Virus record (IMG/VR): IMGVR_UViG_3300045988_074365
Span: 1 to 54,317 of that record
Length of the DNA: 54,317 bases
Strand: one strand, 5' to 3'
Source of the DNA: a virus
A program made the translations under genes and the position numbers. Positions 27,420 to 37,239 of the stretch are shown here, piece after piece (the stretch's first letter is position 1; every line of letters starts with the position of its first letter). The notes under the pieces were generated by a model. It made no database searches. It saw only the letters and a list, made by a program, of their open reading frames with translations, and was not told the origin of the DNA.

Positions 27420-27766
27420 CATTCAATTAAGCTGTTTAACAAATTAAGTACAACCTTTTTATGCCCACGCGTAAGTTGGTTGTATTTTTTTATTACTTTT
27501 GCTTCTTCTTCGCCCTGATGTCCTTGCTTATAAGTGAGGTATTCTTCTTTACCCCATTCGGTAAGGCTTTCTGGCAGCACTCCTAAAGCATCGGCTATCT
27601 TTTTTAACATCTCAACATCAATTTTCTTGATATTTCCGGCTTCGTACTTTTGTACAGTAGCTTCTGTCAACCCGATTTTGTCGGCTAGTTCTTTAAGAGT
27701 AATATCTTTTTCTTTTCTGTATTTCTTTATATTGTTACCAACTCTTGTGCAAAACTGTGTACTCAT
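27392..27766 (-). CDS. CI-like XRE-family repressor
   Basis: HTH ITLKELADKIGLTEATVQKYEAG. AAGGAG RBS 8 nt before the ATG at 27766. Divergent from a cro-like gene. Confidence 0.8.
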   Translation of the reverse strand: MSTQFCTRVGNNIKKYRKEKDITLKELADKIGLTEATVQKYEAGNIKKIDVEMLKKIADALGVLPESLTEWGKEEYLTYKQGHQGEEEAKVIKKYNQLTRGHKKVVLNLLNSLIECQEKYNSDK

Positions 27767-27802
27767 TGCTATCACTCCTTTCTTTTGTTATTGTATTATA
27801 AT

Positions 27803-27821
27803 ACTATCATACTATGATAAA
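27803..27821. promoter_or_regulatory. operator ACTATC-N7-GATAAA
   Basis: Dyad in the CI/Cro intergenic region. Confidence 0.55.
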
Positions 27822-27859
27822 AAAGTAAACAATTTTATAAAAAAACTATCATAACATTA

Positions 27860-27888
27860 TTGACATTACTATCGTGGTGTGATAGTAT
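27860..27888 (+). promoter_or_regulatory. rightward early promoter candidate
   Basis: TTGACA (27860..27865), 17-nt spacer, TAGTAT (27883..27888). It overlaps the operator at 27868..27886. Confidence 0.5.
27868..27886. promoter_or_regulatory. operator ACTATC-N7-GATAGT
   Basis: Perfect 6-bp arms with a 7-nt spacer. Confidence 0.65.
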
Positions 27889-27922
27889 ACTATCATAGCA
27901 AGCAAGAAAGGAGGAAGCATAA

Positions 27923-28123
27923 ATGAACTTACCAAAACTTAAAGGTGTCATTAGGGAACGTGGTAGAAACTATAACCAGTGCTCAACAGCTATCGGGAAA
28001 AGCATTACAACCTTTAATTCAAAGATGAATGGCAGAATCCCTTTTACTATTGTTGAATTAGAAGACCTCGGCAACTATCTTGAAATGACAGATAGTGAAA
28101 AAACTGAAATTTTTTTGCGATAA
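27923..28123 (+). CDS. Cro-like small HTH protein
   Basis: AAGGAGG RBS, 66 aa, divergent from the repressor. Confidence 0.7.
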   Translation: MNLPKLKGVIRERGRNYNQCSTAIGKSITTFNSKMNGRIPFTIVELEDLGNYLEMTDSEKTEIFLR

Positions 28124-28124
28124 A

Positions 28125-28143
28125 ACTATCATAGTGTGATAGT
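28125..28143. promoter_or_regulatory. operator ACTATC-N7-GATAGT
   Basis: Same dyad with the same spacing, immediately after the cro-like stop codon. Confidence 0.6.
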
Positions 28144-28172
28144 TTCACAGAGATTAAGGAAAGGAGAATGAA

Positions 28173-28922
28173 ATGAACGAATTACAGATTTTTAATTCGG
28201 AAGAGTTTGGAGAAATCCGAACAGTTACAGTTAACGATGAAGTTTGGTTCGTAGCCAAAGATGTGTGTGAAGCATTAAAGCACACGAATACAACAGTAGC
28301 AATGCAGATGTTAGAAGAAGATGAACGCACTAAACTTTCTTTAGGGCGTGCAGGAGAAACAAATTGCATTAACGAAAGTGGTCTTTACACTTTGATTATT
28401 AAAAGCAATTTGCCAAAAGCAAAGAAGTTTCGCAAGTGGGTTACATCAGAAGTCATTCCGTCAATCCGTAAGAATGGCGGCTACATAGCAGGGCAGGAAA
28501 CGTTATCTGATGAAGAACTTATGGCAAAGGCACTTCTTGTAGCCAATAACAAGATAGCTGAAAGAGATAAGATAATTGAACAGATGAAACCTAAAGAGAT
28601 TTTTGCAGATGCGGTAGCAACAAGCCATACATCAATCCTTGTTGGAGATTTAGCGAAGTTAATTTGTCAGAATGGCTATCAGATAGGGCAGAAACGATTA
28701 TTTGATTGGTTGAGAGAGAATAACTTCCTTATTAAATGCGGTTCATCAAGGAATATGCCACAGCAGAGATTTGTTGAGCAGGGATTATTTGAAATCAAGG
28801 AAAGCAACCTTGTTAATCCGGATGGTTCTGTGAGAATTACCAAAACTACAAAGGTTACAGGTAAAGGGCAGGTCTATTTTGTTAATAAGTTCTTGAAAGG
28901 AGCTAAGAATGAAACAGCCTAA
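28173..28922 (+). CDS. antirepressor (Bro-N plus KilA-C/ANT-like domains)
   Basis: N terminus LQIFNSEEFGEIRTVTVNDEVWFVAKDVCEAL is a Bro-N signature. Confidence 0.8.
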   Translation: MNELQIFNSEEFGEIRTVTVNDEVWFVAKDVCEALKHTNTTVAMQMLEEDERTKLSLGRAGETNCINESGLYTLIIKSNLPKAKKFRKWVTSEVIPSIRKNGGYIAGQETLSDEELMAKALLVANNKIAERDKIIEQMKPKEIFADAVATSHTSILVGDLAKLICQNGYQIGQKRLFDWLRENNFLIKCGSSRNMPQQRFVEQGLFEIKESNLVNPDGSVRITKTTKVTGKGQVYFVNKFLKGAKNETA

Positions 28923-29085
28923 AGCCTTAACAAGAGAATTGAAAATTGCCGCATCTGCCTATGGGCTTATTCCTAGTCAGTGGATGTTACTTAAAGATGA
29001 CGGCGGAAGCTATGTAACACTTATAAGCAAAGACGGCAAAAAGCAGAAAACGATTGATAGATACGCAAGGGCAAAGAGAAGATGA
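28909..29085 (+). CDS. small hypothetical protein (58 aa)
   Basis: ATG overlaps the upstream gene end. Its stop overlaps the next start (ATGA). Confidence 0.45.
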   Translation: MKQPKALTRELKIAASAYGLIPSQWMLLKDDGGSYVTLISKDGKKQKTIDRYARAKRR

Positions 29086-29696
29086 ATAAAAGAATAATAA
29101 TTAATGTTTCCGCAGCTATGCTTGTGATTATTCCCATTGTGATAGGGAAGATAAAAGCAACCAAGGCAACGATTTCTACCGAAAATGAAACAGTTGCCTG
29201 TGAGATTGAAACGGAAACCTTTGAAACTGAAAAAATAACGAAATATTTTACTCCGGAATATGACTTAGGGATTGAAAAAGACAAGTACAGTTTTATTCCA
29301 CTAAGCAAGAGCGACAGGGAAATAATAAGAAGCTCCTGTGAAAAATACAACATTGACTATGACTTAATGTTAGCTGTAGCAAAACAGGAAAGCTGTTATC
29401 AGATGACAGCATACAATCCTATATCCGGAGACTACGGAATATTCCAGATTAATGCTAAAACTTGGAATAAAACAGCCAATGAGAATGGCTTGTATGACTA
29501 CAAGTATTCCCTTAAGGATAATTCCGAGATGGCTTGTTACATTATGAGTCTTTGTATGGAAGAAGCTAATGGGGACACCCGGATTGCTTTGAACTATTAC
29601 AGAACAGGAACACCTAATGCAAAGTATGAAGCAGAAAGCGACTATGCAAGCATTATTTTAGAAGAATTGAAAAAAATAAGGAGAATGAGTGAATGA
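29082..29696 (+). CDS. membrane-anchored lytic transglycosylase (SLT domain)
   Basis: N-terminal TM segment, then AVAKQESCYQ...GDYGIFQIN...YY motifs. Confidence 0.7.
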   Translation: MNKRIIINVSAAMLVIIPIVIGKIKATKATISTENETVACEIETETFETEKITKYFTPEYDLGIEKDKYSFIPLSKSDREIIRSSCEKYNIDYDLMLAVAKQESCYQMTAYNPISGDYGIFQINAKTWNKTANENGLYDYKYSLKDNSEMACYIMSLCMEEANGDTRIALNYYRTGTPNAKYEAESDYASIILEELKKIRRMSE

Positions 29697-29815
29697 TAAT
29701 AACAGATTTTAACGAAATGCCAGTTGGAGATTTGGAAAAAATCTCACAGGGACTGCCTATTAGTTTTGTAATTGAAGATGGCAAAATAACCAGGGCAGAA
29801 AGGAGAGAAGAATGA
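29693..29815 (+). CDS. small hypothetical protein (40 aa)
   Basis: ATGA overlaps at both ends. Confidence 0.4.
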   Translation: MIITDFNEMPVGDLEKISQGLPISFVIEDGKITRAERREE

Positions 29816-30375
29816 ATAACGCAAGAATGTCCGGAACAATGACAACTCCCCCTTATTTGCTTTGGACAGCTAAAAATGGAAAAGAGTTTTACACTTTTGA
29901 CATATCGGTCAAAAGAGATAGTGGGATTTATGATATGGTTCCCGTAATAACCAAAAAGGATAATCTTATCTACGACGTTGATGACAGGATAACCCTTAAT
30001 GGAGAAATTAGAAGCAGAAATTCTGACGGACACCTGTTGGTGTACTTTTACGCAACAGAAAGTATGATTTATTCAGGAATTGATGAAAATGTAGTTTCTC
30101 TTGAGGGAATTGTGTGTATCAAGAAAGAAATCAGGGAAACCTATTTTTCAAAAAAGAAAATTACGGATTTTTCACTTGCTGTTGACAGGAAATATAATTG
30201 GAAGTCTGACTATATCCCTTGCATAGCTTGGGAACACAGTGCGGAAGTAATTAATGATGATATTGCCGTAGGCACAGGAATTGGAATTACAGGCAGATTT
30301 CAGTCAAGGGATTATATGAAGAATGGTGAAAAGAAAACAGCCTTTGAAGTATCAGTTATGAACCTTGAATGGTAG
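29812..30375 (+). CDS. tandem OB-fold, SSB-like protein
   Basis: Two repeats of an SSB-like pattern (...FDISVKRDSGIYDMVPVI...LNGEIRS and ...FSLAVDRKYNWKSDYIPCIAW...ITGRFQSRDY). Confidence 0.45.
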   Translation: MNNARMSGTMTTPPYLLWTAKNGKEFYTFDISVKRDSGIYDMVPVITKKDNLIYDVDDRITLNGEIRSRNSDGHLLVYFYATESMIYSGIDENVVSLEGIVCIKKEIRETYFSKKKITDFSLAVDRKYNWKSDYIPCIAWEHSAEVINDDIAVGTGIGITGRFQSRDYMKNGEKKTAFEVSVMNLEW

Positions 30376-30387
30376 AAAGGATAGTTT

Positions 30388-32325
30388 ATGGAGTTAAAAA
30401 AAGTAGTGCTTGAAAACTTTATGTGCTATGCACACGCAGAATTTGATTTTTATGCCATTACAAAGATTATGGCTAAGAATGGTAAAGGTAAGTCAACTAT
30501 TGCCACGGCTTATCTGTGGTGCTTGTTTAACTGTGATTATGAATTAAAGGATAATCCGGTTGTCAGAAGAGAGATTGACGGAGTATCAGTTGATGATATG
30601 GACACAAGTGTTGAGCTTACATTTGATGTTGACGGAAAAGAAATAACTATGAAGAAAGTGCAGAAGCGCACTTATGAAGAAGTAATAAAGGACGGAGTTG
30701 TTATAACAACTGTAAAAGACCCTAATTCATATTATATCAACAGCGTTTCAAAGACATTAAAGGCATTCAATGAATATCTTGATGTTAATATGAACATTTT
30801 CAAAATGTGTAGCAATATCAATGTATTTCTTACACAGAAGCCAAAGGAAATGAGAGAATATCTTTTCAGTTTAGTAAAGAAAACAACCGACCTTGATATG
30901 GCAAAGTCTAAAAGCGAACTTGCCGAATTGGTACCACTTCTTGAAAAATACACATGCGAAGAAATACGTGCTATGAAAAATAAAATCAAAAAAGATGTTG
31001 ATGATAATGCTAAAAAGCTGAAAGGGCAGATTGAAGAGAAAGAGCGTGACATTCAGCTTAAACAGGCTATTGATGTTTCTGACCTTGAATTGCAGAAGAA
31101 CAGCCTTAAAGAACAGATTGCTGATTGCGTGGAAAAACAGACCGACAATGACAAGCTGATAGCTGAATATGACAAGGCTAGTTCAGATATTCTTAACTTG
31201 AAGTTTGAACTTAGTGATATGTCACGCAAAGCTAATGAGGAAAATGTTAAGGCTAGGAGAGAGATTGAGGACAAGATTTCTGATAAGCAGTTTCTTGTTA
31301 GGCAGACAGAAAAGACTGTTGCTGATACCGAAAGATGTATTGTTAGTTCGGAAAAGGCTATTGAGTGCATTAAGGCTTCCTTGCAGACAGAGCGTGATAA
31401 GTGGAAAGAAGAAAACGAGCGCAAGTTTGACGATTCGAGCCTTATCTGTCCTTATTGCGGTAATGAATATAAGGAAGATAAGAAAGAACAGTTAAAGGCT
31501 GATTTTGCAAAACATAAGGCTGATAACTTAAAGACAATTACTGATAATGGCAATATGTACAAGGAAAGGCTTGATAAGGAAAAAGCTACGCTTGAAAGTC
31601 TTAAAGCAGAGTTGCCACAGCACAAAGAAAGCCTTGAAATGCTGAATACAGCCATTGCAGACCTTGAAAAGCAGTTATCCGAACTTCCACAGGAAATTGA
31701 TGTGACAGTAACAGAAGAGTACAAGGCACTTGAACAGCAGATTGCCGAAAAAGAAGAAGCTATGCACAAGGCTAATGACATATCGGCAGTTAAGGCTGAA
31801 TTAAAGGCACAGGAAAGCGAACTTAGGCAGCAGCTATCAGAAGTTGAACAGAAGATTGCTGAAAGTAACACAGAGAGAGACGAACAGCGGCTTGAAGAAT
31901 TAAGGGCAGAACAGCGTACACAGGAACAGAACAAGACCAATGCCGAGAAAATACTTGATTTACTTGATGAACTGGACAAGGCAAAGAATGAAGCCTTAAC
32001 AGAAGCAGTAAACAGCCATTTTGGGTTAGTTAAGTGGCAGTTGTTTACTTATACAAAGTCTGGTGGTTACAAAAGTTGCTGTATACCTACAGTTGACGGA
32101 AAGAGCATTTTAACAACTATGTCTAACAAGGGCAACAGGATTTTAGGCAGAGTTGACATTTGTAATAGCATTCAGAAGATTAGTGATATATCCGTGCCTA
32201 TTATCTTAGATGATTCTGAAAGCCTTAGTACGGACAATCAGAAGAAAGTTGCTGAAATGGTAGATAGTCAGTTGATTATGCTGATTGTAAATGACAGTGA
32301 GAAATTAGAGATTATGGAGGGATAA
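30388..32325 (+). CDS. SMC/Rad50-like ATPase with a central CxxC hook
   Basis: Walker A AKNGKGKST, long coiled coil, CPYCG at mid-length, C-terminal Walker B PIILDDSESL. Confidence 0.75.
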   Translation: MELKKVVLENFMCYAHAEFDFYAITKIMAKNGKGKSTIATAYLWCLFNCDYELKDNPVVRREIDGVSVDDMDTSVELTFDVDGKEITMKKVQKRTYEEVIKDGVVITTVKDPNSYYINSVSKTLKAFNEYLDVNMNIFKMCSNINVFLTQKPKEMREYLFSLVKKTTDLDMAKSKSELAELVPLLEKYTCEEIRAMKNKIKKDVDDNAKKLKGQIEEKERDIQLKQAIDVSDLELQKNSLKEQIADCVEKQTDNDKLIAEYDKASSDILNLKFELSDMSRKANEENVKARREIEDKISDKQFLVRQTEKTVADTERCIVSSEKAIECIKASLQTERDKWKEENERKFDDSSLICPYCGNEYKEDKKEQLKADFAKHKADNLKTITDNGNMYKERLDKEKATLESLKAELPQHKESLEMLNTAIADLEKQLSELPQEIDVTVTEEYKALEQQIAEKEEAMHKANDISAVKAELKAQESELRQQLSEVEQKIAESNTERDEQRLEELRAEQRTQEQNKTNAEKILDLLDELDKAKNEALTEAVNSHFGLVKWQLFTYTKSGGYKSCCIPTVDGKSILTTMSNKGNRILGRVDICNSIQKISDISVPIILDDSESLSTDNQKKVAEMVDSQLIMLIVNDSEKLEIMEG

Positions 32326-32326
32326 T

Positions 32327-32641
32327 ATGAAACTTTATTTTTACAAATTGAATACAGATGAAAGATACGGAAAAACAGGAATTACAGCACAGGTCTGTGA
32401 AGCGGAAGAGAAACCTAAGACATATAAGGCTATTGGAGGCTCTTTCCCTAACTACCTTAGCATAGTGAGAAAAGACGAAGTTGGACAATTAAAATATGAT
32501 TGCCTGTTTCTTACAGAACCTAACTTTGAGTATGCAAAAGAAGAATTTAGATTTAGAGCGGAACGAATGATTGCAGTTAAGTTGGAGAAAATTGAAAAGC
32601 TCAAAGCTGAATTAAAAATAATAAATGAAAGTGAGGAATAA
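32327..32641 (+). CDS. hypothetical protein
   Basis: GGAGGG RBS. Confidence 0.65.
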   Translation: MKLYFYKLNTDERYGKTGITAQVCEAEEKPKTYKAIGGSFPNYLSIVRKDEVGQLKYDCLFLTEPNFEYAKEEFRFRAERMIAVKLEKIEKLKAELKIINESEE

Positions 32642-32643
32642 TT

Positions 32644-32874
32644 ATGATTAAAGCAGAAGACGGAAAAATTATAATTGAAGGCAGAAGAGACAAAGTTTTA
32701 GCGGAGGTAACTACTATTTTACATGTGCTTAAAGGGTTAGTTTCAAAAGAAGAGTACAAAGCAGTGATTAGGTTTGCTGATAAAAGCGAGGAACAGGTAA
32801 GTGACGAAATTGAGAAAATGAAAGAAAAAACAGAGAAAATGAGAGAAGAACTCAAAAAGTTACTTGGATTATAG
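32644..32874 (+). CDS. hypothetical protein
   Basis: GAGGA RBS. Confidence 0.6.
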   Translation: MIKAEDGKIIIEGRRDKVLAEVTTILHVLKGLVSKEEYKAVIRFADKSEEQVSDEIEKMKEKTEKMREELKKLLGL

Positions 32875-32885
32875 GAGGATTAATT

Positions 32886-33794
32886 ATGGCAGAGAATACG
32901 GCAGTTGCGGAAAAGAAAGAAGCTGAAAGCAGAGAGCTTGTAGCAAAAGATTTTACAGAGGGAATGGTTGTAAAAATCAAGCAGAAAGAGAAATTCGGCT
33001 TAACATTCCCTAAAGATTACAACTACACAAATGAATTTATGTCGGCAATGCTAATTTTACAGGATACAGTAGATATGAATAAAAAGCCTGTATTGCAGAG
33101 TTGCACAAGGGCAAGTATTGAAAATGCACTTGTTGAAATGGTTACAAGCGGCTTGTCAATGCAGAAGAAGCAGTGCTATCCGGTTGCCTATGGCGGAAAG
33201 TTGCAGTGTCAGAAATCAGTGTATGGAAACACTTGCATTGCTAGGAGATATGGACTTAAAGACATAACAGCAGAGGTTATTTATGAGGGTGATACATTCG
33301 AGTATGAAATTGTTAATGGCAAGAAAAAGGTCATCACTCACAAGCAGGATTTTGAGAATATCGACAACGATAAGGTCAAGGGCGCTTACGCAATAGCTAC
33401 TATGGATGACGGAAGTGTTCTTACAGAGGTTATGAACATCAAACAGATAAAGCAGGCTTGGAAACAGGGATACAGCTATAAAGAGAACGGAAACGGAACA
33501 CATCAGAAATTCACAGACCAGATGGCTATGAAAACAGTCAAGAACAGACTGTTAAAGCAGATTAATAATACTTATGGCTCTTTCTATGACGGAAATTACG
33601 ATAATGAGGAAGAATTGCCTAGTTATGATGAACGTATGCAGGCTGATGTTGATTACGATATTGAACAGAATGCTAACAGCGTAGATTTTGTCGAGGGCGA
33701 TATTGTTGATGATGTAGTTGAAGATACCGTAGCAGAAGCAACCGAAGAACAGGCAGAAGATAGTACATTACCACCATTTATGCAGGCAGAATAG
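32886..33794 (+). CDS. recT: RecT-family single-strand annealing protein
   Basis: SIENALVEMVTSGLS...KKQCYPVAYGGKLQCQKSVYG...VKGAYAIATMDDG is a RecT pattern. Confidence 0.8.
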   Translation: MAENTAVAEKKEAESRELVAKDFTEGMVVKIKQKEKFGLTFPKDYNYTNEFMSAMLILQDTVDMNKKPVLQSCTRASIENALVEMVTSGLSMQKKQCYPVAYGGKLQCQKSVYGNTCIARRYGLKDITAEVIYEGDTFEYEIVNGKKKVITHKQDFENIDNDKVKGAYAIATMDDGSVLTEVMNIKQIKQAWKQGYSYKENGNGTHQKFTDQMAMKTVKNRLLKQINNTYGSFYDGNYDNEEELPSYDERMQADVDYDIEQNANSVDFVEGDIVDDVVEDTVAEATEEQAEDSTLPPFMQAE

Positions 33795-33804
33795 GAGATT
33801 GAGT

Positions 33805-34107
33805 ATGAGAGTAATTTCACAGTATGGCAATGTTGATTTGCCTTATGAACAGATAATTGTTTGTCACGCAATGGAAAATGTCACAGCACTACGCAATGAG
33901 AAAGAATATGTTTTAGGTAAGTATTCTTCACAAGAGAAAGCGTATAAGGCTATGGAAATGTTAAGAGAAGTATATGCCGGTATGCCTATCATAATACAGA
34001 ATGTTAATACCCCAAAAGGTGCGGTAAAAACGCTTGAAGTGGTACAAGGATGTGGAATTGGCAACATTGTTTTTCAGTTTCCACAGGATGATGAAATCGA
34101 GGTGTAA
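33805..34107 (+). CDS. hypothetical protein
   Basis: TAGGAG RBS 7 nt before the ATG at 33805. Confidence 0.6.
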   Translation: MRVISQYGNVDLPYEQIIVCHAMENVTALRNEKEYVLGKYSSQEKAYKAMEMLREVYAGMPIIIQNVNTPKGAVKTLEVVQGCGIGNIVFQFPQDDEIEV

Positions 34108-34109
34108 GT

Positions 34110-34838
34110 ATGAGATTAAAATGTTTAGGCTCATCGTCAGCCGGAAATTGCTATCTGCTAACTTCCGACAGCGGAGAAACACTTATCCTTGATTGTGGAA
34201 TACCGATTAAGGAAATCAAAAAAGGCTTAGATTGGAACATCAAAGATGTTGTGGGTGTGTTATGCACCCATAAACACCTTGACCATAGCAAGTCAGCAGA
34301 AGATTTTGAAGTTATGGGAATACAGATACTTGCCCCATATTTAGGCGATAGTTGTAAATCAATGAATATGGGTGAATTTACAGTAAAACCTTTTGATTTA
34401 ACGACAATAGACGGAAATTGGACACACACAAATGCAAATGGCGAACCCTGTCCGATATACGGCTTTCTGATTACTCACCCGGAAATGGGAAGAATGCTTT
34501 ACATAACCGATTGTGAGCTAATCAAGTGGAAATTTAAAGACATAAACCACATTCTCTTAGGTGTGAATTATGACAAGGATTTAATCGACAGGGATAACGC
34601 AGGCAAAGCTAATCACGTATTCAGAGGCCATTTATCTATTGACACAGCTTGTGATTTTGTTAAAGCAAATTATTCAGATAGCTTGCAGAACGTCATAATG
34701 TGCCATTTATCAAGTGAAAATTCTGATAGAGATAGTTTTATCGGGAAAATGAAAAAAGTCGCTTGCGGGGCGAATGTGGATGTTGCAGAGCCGGGCAAGG
34801 AATGGGTTTTAAGGAAAGGAGATGAATGTCCGTTTTGA
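34110..34838 (+). CDS. metallo-beta-lactamase-fold hydrolase (likely recombination nuclease) with a C-terminal DECPF tip
   Basis: HKHLDH (HxHxDH) motif. Adjacent to recT. Confidence 0.75.
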   Translation: MRLKCLGSSSAGNCYLLTSDSGETLILDCGIPIKEIKKGLDWNIKDVVGVLCTHKHLDHSKSAEDFEVMGIQILAPYLGDSCKSMNMGEFTVKPFDLTTIDGNWTHTNANGEPCPIYGFLITHPEMGRMLYITDCELIKWKFKDINHILLGVNYDKDLIDRDNAGKANHVFRGHLSIDTACDFVKANYSDSLQNVIMCHLSSENSDRDSFIGKMKKVACGANVDVAEPGKEWVLRKGDECPF

Positions 34839-35050
34839 GAATAGAAAAGTTAATTAAATTTTTGAAAGAAAGATTTGAAAGCGGAATACAGATGTTTGAT
34901 ACACCGTCTCTTGTAAATGATTTCAGAGTGCCTATTTATAGTGAAGATGACATAACTGTGCTATATGCACCGTCTTGGAATTACATAGAGATATATGGTA
35001 TTTCTGACGAAGAGTTTGAAAGAGTTATGAAAGAAGCCAAAGGGCGGTAA
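34826..35050 (+). CDS. hypothetical protein
   Basis: AAGGAG RBS. Flanked by a 13-bp direct repeat. Confidence 0.6.
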   Translation: MSVLRIEKLIKFLKERFESGIQMFDTPSLVNDFRVPIYSEDDITVLYAPSWNYIEIYGISDEEFERVMKEAKGR

Positions 35051-35079
35051 AAGAATGTCCGTTTTAGAAAGGAGCAGTA

Positions 35080-35781
35080 ATGAACATTGATGAATTTATA
35101 GAACATACAAAAGAAAAAGCAGAAGAATATAAATATCGTGCGAGCTTTTTTGAGAGTGATAATCCTATGTATAAAGCTTGCATTAAAGTCGCAAAAGACC
35201 ATGAGCAGTTAGCTGAGTGGCTTGAAAAATCCAAAGAGTATCAGCAGTTAGAGGAACAGGGTAGACTTGTTAAGTTACCGGCAAAAGATGACACGACAGG
35301 ACATAGAGAATGTGTTCATATAAAGTCTACATGCTACCACGAGAATTATAAGTGTTCAGAATGTCCTCTTACAGAATTGTTTTGCGATGAATTTTATTTA
35401 GCTATAGATAGATGTTACGAGGATGCATATGCTAACGGATGCCTTGCCGGTATGGACTTAGCACAAATCCGCAGCAGAAAAGAAATTGAAAGAATTGAGA
35501 GGTGTGGAATGACAATTAGTGAGTTTTTCAAAGAGAAATATTCAGCAAGAAAAGATAAAGACAATATCTATGGTGTTGGAATGAGCGATACAGAGTTTCG
35601 TCATTTCATTATTCAATACTTGCTACCGGAAAATTGGTATGTTGTTGACCCAATAGGGCAGACGCAAGTCAACGAAATAGCTATCTGCGAAATTCTGACT
35701 AGGCATTCCAAGAAGTTCAGAAAAGAACGCAAGAAATATTTAAAAGAATTGAGAGGTGGAGAAAATGAAAGTAGTAATTGA
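35080..35781 (+). CDS. hypothetical protein
   Basis: AAGGAG RBS. Confidence 0.65.
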   Translation: MNIDEFIEHTKEKAEEYKYRASFFESDNPMYKACIKVAKDHEQLAEWLEKSKEYQQLEEQGRLVKLPAKDDTTGHRECVHIKSTCYHENYKCSECPLTELFCDEFYLAIDRCYEDAYANGCLAGMDLAQIRSRKEIERIERCGMTISEFFKEKYSARKDKDNIYGVGMSDTEFRHFIIQYLLPENWYVVDPIGQTQVNEIAICEILTRHSKKFRKERKKYLKELRGGENESSN

Positions 35782-36388
35782 CATACCTAAAGATTTCACA
35801 GGAGATTATATTGCTGACAAATTCAAAGATTTCTTTTCAAGGGTTATCACAGATGTGGATTGCAGAGGTGTCATGTGTGGTAGATACGAGAAAGAAATTG
35901 CTGAAATGTTTTTAAAGGCATTTGATGATAGTGAAGAAAAGATTTCTTACAACTGCCAGCACAACAGCAATTCAAGAGATAATGAACCTTGTTGCAGATG
36001 TGATAGCAGAAAGGAGAATCGAGAAGTAAAAATTGTGACAGTTAGTGATTTGATAAGAATTCTTGATACAAAGGAAAATAGATATGGTGCTACAGGAAAA
36101 CCGAGAATGTTGAATTTATCTTTAAATGGCAATTTTGCTGGAAGTGTCGAATCTGTAAAGCTAGATGGTTATGGAGATGGACTTATTACGGACGTGACGA
36201 TGGAGATTACCTCATCTAAATTCACAACAACTAATGCCGACAGGATAAGGAATATGTCAGATGGAGAGTTAGCAGAGGTGATGCCTTGTCCATACATGAA
36301 AGACCCGTACGATGAGTGTGTTCATGGTTGGCATGATTATGATTGCAGTAAATGTAAACTTGATTGGCTTCAATCAGAAGCAGAATAG
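35765..36388 (+). CDS. hypothetical Cys-rich protein
   Basis: GAGGTGGAG RBS before the ATG at 35765. Confidence 0.6.
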   Translation: MKVVIDIPKDFTGDYIADKFKDFFSRVITDVDCRGVMCGRYEKEIAEMFLKAFDDSEEKISYNCQHNSNSRDNEPCCRCDSRKENREVKIVTVSDLIRILDTKENRYGATGKPRMLNLSLNGNFAGSVESVKLDGYGDGLITDVTMEITSSKFTTTNADRIRNMSDGELAEVMPCPYMKDPYDECVHGWHDYDCSKCKLDWLQSEAE

Positions 36389-36396
36389 GAGAGAAT

Positions 36397-36804
36397 ATGG
36401 AAGATAGATATTTGTTCAAGGGTAAGAGGCTTGACAACGGAGAATGGGCGGAAGGCTTGCCAAGTTACGATGAAGATGGCGAGATCGAAGAAATCGAGGT
36501 ATGGGATGGAGAGGATATTGCTTTTTATCCGGTATTTCCGGGAACCATCTGCCAATGCACAGGCTTAAAAGACAAGAACGGCAAGCTGATTTGGGAGAAT
36601 GATATTATTGAATGCAAAGACGGAAAACGCAATTTTCAAACGCAAATTGAATGGGATGCTTATTGTGCTGGATTTATATTTCAAGACGCAGAAACATCTG
36701 CGGTTGGACTTGATGCAATAACAGCAAACGGATTGTATTCAGAAAGCAAGGTTATCGGCAACATATTTGACGATAAAGAGTTATTAGAAAGTGAGGAAAA
36801 TTAG
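36397..36804 (+). CDS. YopX-family protein
   Basis: YLFKGKRLDNGEW...CTGLKDKNGKLIWENDII...VIGNIFD. Confidence 0.7.
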   Translation: MEDRYLFKGKRLDNGEWAEGLPSYDEDGEIEEIEVWDGEDIAFYPVFPGTICQCTGLKDKNGKLIWENDIIECKDGKRNFQTQIEWDAYCAGFIFQDAETSAVGLDAITANGLYSESKVIGNIFDDKELLESEEN

Positions 36805-37230
36805 ATGAATCGCGTGATTTTATGTGGAAGAGTTGTTAGAGAGCCAGAGATTAGATATTCACAGACAGTAAACGGAAGTATGGCGGTAGCAAGATATACA
36901 TTAGCTGTTGACAGAGCTTTTAAGAAAGAGGGCGAACAGACAGCAGACTTTATTAACTGTATCGCATTCGGCAAGAACGGAGAGTTTGCGGAGAAGTATT
37001 TACACCAGGGAACTAAGATTATCGTTGAGGGCAGATGGCAGACAGGCAATTACACTAACAAGGACGGACAGAAAGTCTACACCAACGATTGTGTTATTGA
37101 AAGGCACGAATTTTGTGAAAACAAGAATGGAACCAACGAGAACAGACCATTTAGGCCCGAACCAAATAGTGCAGGAGATGACTTTATGAGTATTCCTGAC
37201 GGCATTGAGGATGAGGGATTGCCATTTTAA
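36805..37230 (+). CDS. ssb: single-stranded DNA-binding protein
   Basis: Canonical OB N terminus (MNRVILCGRVVREPEIRY...) and acidic tip DEGLPF. Confidence 0.85.
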   Translation: MNRVILCGRVVREPEIRYSQTVNGSMAVARYTLAVDRAFKKEGEQTADFINCIAFGKNGEFAEKYLHQGTKIIVEGRWQTGNYTNKDGQKVYTNDCVIERHEFCENKNGTNENRPFRPEPNSAGDDFMSIPDGIEDEGLPF

Positions 37231-37239
37231 AAATGAGAG

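Noticed and set aside
36908-37189. 93-aa alternative-frame ORF inside ssb, and 31205..31495 inside the SMC-like gene
   Set aside because: These are same-strand overlaps of well-supported genes, Arg-rich out-of-frame translations, with no RBS.
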